This document shows positions 62,562 through 64,000 of a stretch of 64,000 nt of DNA, one piece after another (position 1 is the stretch's first letter; every line of letters starts with the position of its first letter). Under the pieces are notes generated by a model. It was not told the DNA's origin, ran no database searches, and saw only the letters and a program-made list of their open reading frames with translations. Source of the stretch: Podarcis muralis (Eukaryota); the NCBI RefSeq assembly GCF_964188315.1, contig NC_135659.1, positions 32,674,001 to 32,738,000 of the forward strand, in the 5' to 3' direction. The position numbers and the translations under genes were made by a program.

Positions 62562-63263
62562 CAGTGGTGCCTCGCAAGACGAAATTAATTCGTTCTGCAA
62601 GTTTTTTCTTCTTGCGAGTTTTTCGTCTTGCGAAGCACGGTTTCCCATAGGAATGCATTGAAAATCAATCAATGCGTTCCTATGGAAACCGCCTTCAGAC
62701 CAGGTCCGGGGACAGTCTGTCCCCCGACCTCTTCTGAAGGCTGGGGGGGGGGGCACAAGGGCTTTTCTTCCCACCCCCAGCATTTTAAAAAACCCTGGGA
62801 CAGCGAAGACTTCTCCGCTGTCCCAGGGCGATTTAAAAGGCCCCGGGAAGGCAGGCAGGGGGAAGCAAAGACTTTTGCCCCCTGCTGGCCTTCAGAAGAG
62901 GTCCAGGACCTCTTCTGAAGGCCGGCGGGGGGCAAAAGTCTTTGCTCCCCCCCCCCCGCCTGCCTTCAAAAGCCGTCCAGGATAGCGGGAAGCGCTTCCC
63001 TGCTATCCCGGACCGCTTTTAAAATGCTGGCGGTGGGGAGCAAAGCCTTTCGGCCCCCGCCGGCCTTCCTGGACCTCTTCTGAAGGCCGGAGGGGGGGGA
63101 AGGCTTTGCTCCCCACCACCACCATTTAAAAGAGGTCCCCGGAGATTTCCCTATGGGCTTTCTTCTTGCGAAGCAAGCCCATAGGGAAATTCGTCTTGCG
63201 AAGCAACTCGCAAACGGAAAACCCTTTCGTCTTGCGAGGCATTCGTCTTGCGGGGCACCACTG
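62562..63263. mobile_element. Tc1/mariner MITE (same TIR family as 1019-1352, larger core)
   Basis: TA-CAGTGGTGCCTCGCAAGACGAA ... TTCGTCTTGCGGGGCACCACTG-TA. Confidence 0.92.
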
Positions 63264-63376
63264 TATGAGTGTTACACAAATGCAACAAACCATTGTGTTT
63301 GCACCTCTGATCTTACCTTGTTTAAATGAATGGCCCATCCATTTTTCTCTGTTAGTCAACAGGATGTCACCAGATC

Positions 63377-63420
63377 ATAGAGTTGGAAGGGGCCCCAGTC
63401 CAACCCCCTGCAAGGAATCT
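63377..63420 (-). mobile_element. Short CR1 / CR1-tailed SINE 3' remnant
   Basis: tcatagagttggaagggg...gtccaaccccctgca. Confidence 0.55.
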
Positions 63421-63476
63421 TGTTTGCAGCTCCCCTGCCCCACTCCCCAGCCAAGTTTCTGGAACAGGTTACAAAC

Positions 63477-63568
63477 CTCATTGAGGGAAGGGTGGGTTAA
63501 TGTCCACGAAATTTCCAAAACATGCAGGGTACCAAAATCGTCGGATACCGCTAAGAAGTGTTGCTTCG
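63477..63568 (-). CDS. DNAI3: DNAI3/WDR63 third-to-last coding exon (upstream exons lie outside the window)
   Basis: KQHFLAVSDDFGTLHVLEISWTLTHPSLNE resembles the recalled WDR63 segment KQQFIATADYYGTLHILEIPWTLSRPSTNE. Acceptor CTTACAG|, donor GAG|GTTTGT. Phase 1/0. Confidence 0.88.
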
Positions 63569-64000
63569 CTGTAAGAGAAGACAGAGAATGCAGAAGGAGT
63601 TGTACACAAAACACAGAAGAATTTTTTGTGTGTTCAGTATTTGTGGCAGAGAGCAAATGAGCTGTAAGGGTCAATTTGGGAACTCAATCTCTTGCATGTT
63701 CTTCCTAGCCTCCTTCTGTCCTGTTTTGCTCCTCCTCCCTTAAACCTTATTAAACTGGAATCCCCAAATACAGTTTATAAGCCTATTTGTTCAGAGTTTG
63801 GCACAAGAGAGCTAAAAGCAGGAGCAAATATCTCAGTGTGCATACATACTGTACAGAAATATCACAATAAAACATTACGACTTCTAACATCCAAAGATAA
63901 AAGATTAACTCTCTATGTGTCTGACTGCAGAGCTAACTACATTCTCTATATTCATATGTGCAACTGAGTCCCAGTGCTATTTAAAAACAAAATAAAAGGC

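Noticed and set aside
59438-63260. Numerous 60-220 aa ORFs in DNAI3 introns
   Set aside because: All lie within GC-rich MITEs or the 108-bp minisatellite, with no transposase motifs.

Overview
Vertebrate genomic DNA, not prokaryotic. The Sauria-type SINEs and MITE families point to a squamate, probably a lacertid lizard (inference). The window holds one complete gene, SYDE2 (C2 + RhoGAP protein), on the + strand: 7 coding exons, 11697-49980, all GT-AG with consistent phases, CDS 4287 nt = 1428 aa, starting in a CpG island. Convergent with it are the last three coding exons of DNAI3/WDR63 on the - strand (63568 to 58911). The rest is intron/intergenic DNA dense in transposable elements: Sauria SINEs with target-site duplications (TSDs), two other tRNA-derived SINE families, Tc1/mariner-type and hAT MITEs, a hAT transposase fossil, and CR1, L1 and Penelope fragments. 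Protein and repeat-family identities come from recalled sequences and motifs, not database searches. I found no convincing new biological system. The best leads are uORFs and a long N-terminal extension in SYDE2 exon 1, a perfect 27-nt inverted repeat bracketing a frame-preserving DNAI3 exon, a cryptic exon overlapping a DNAI3 polyA signal, and nested or chimeric transposons.
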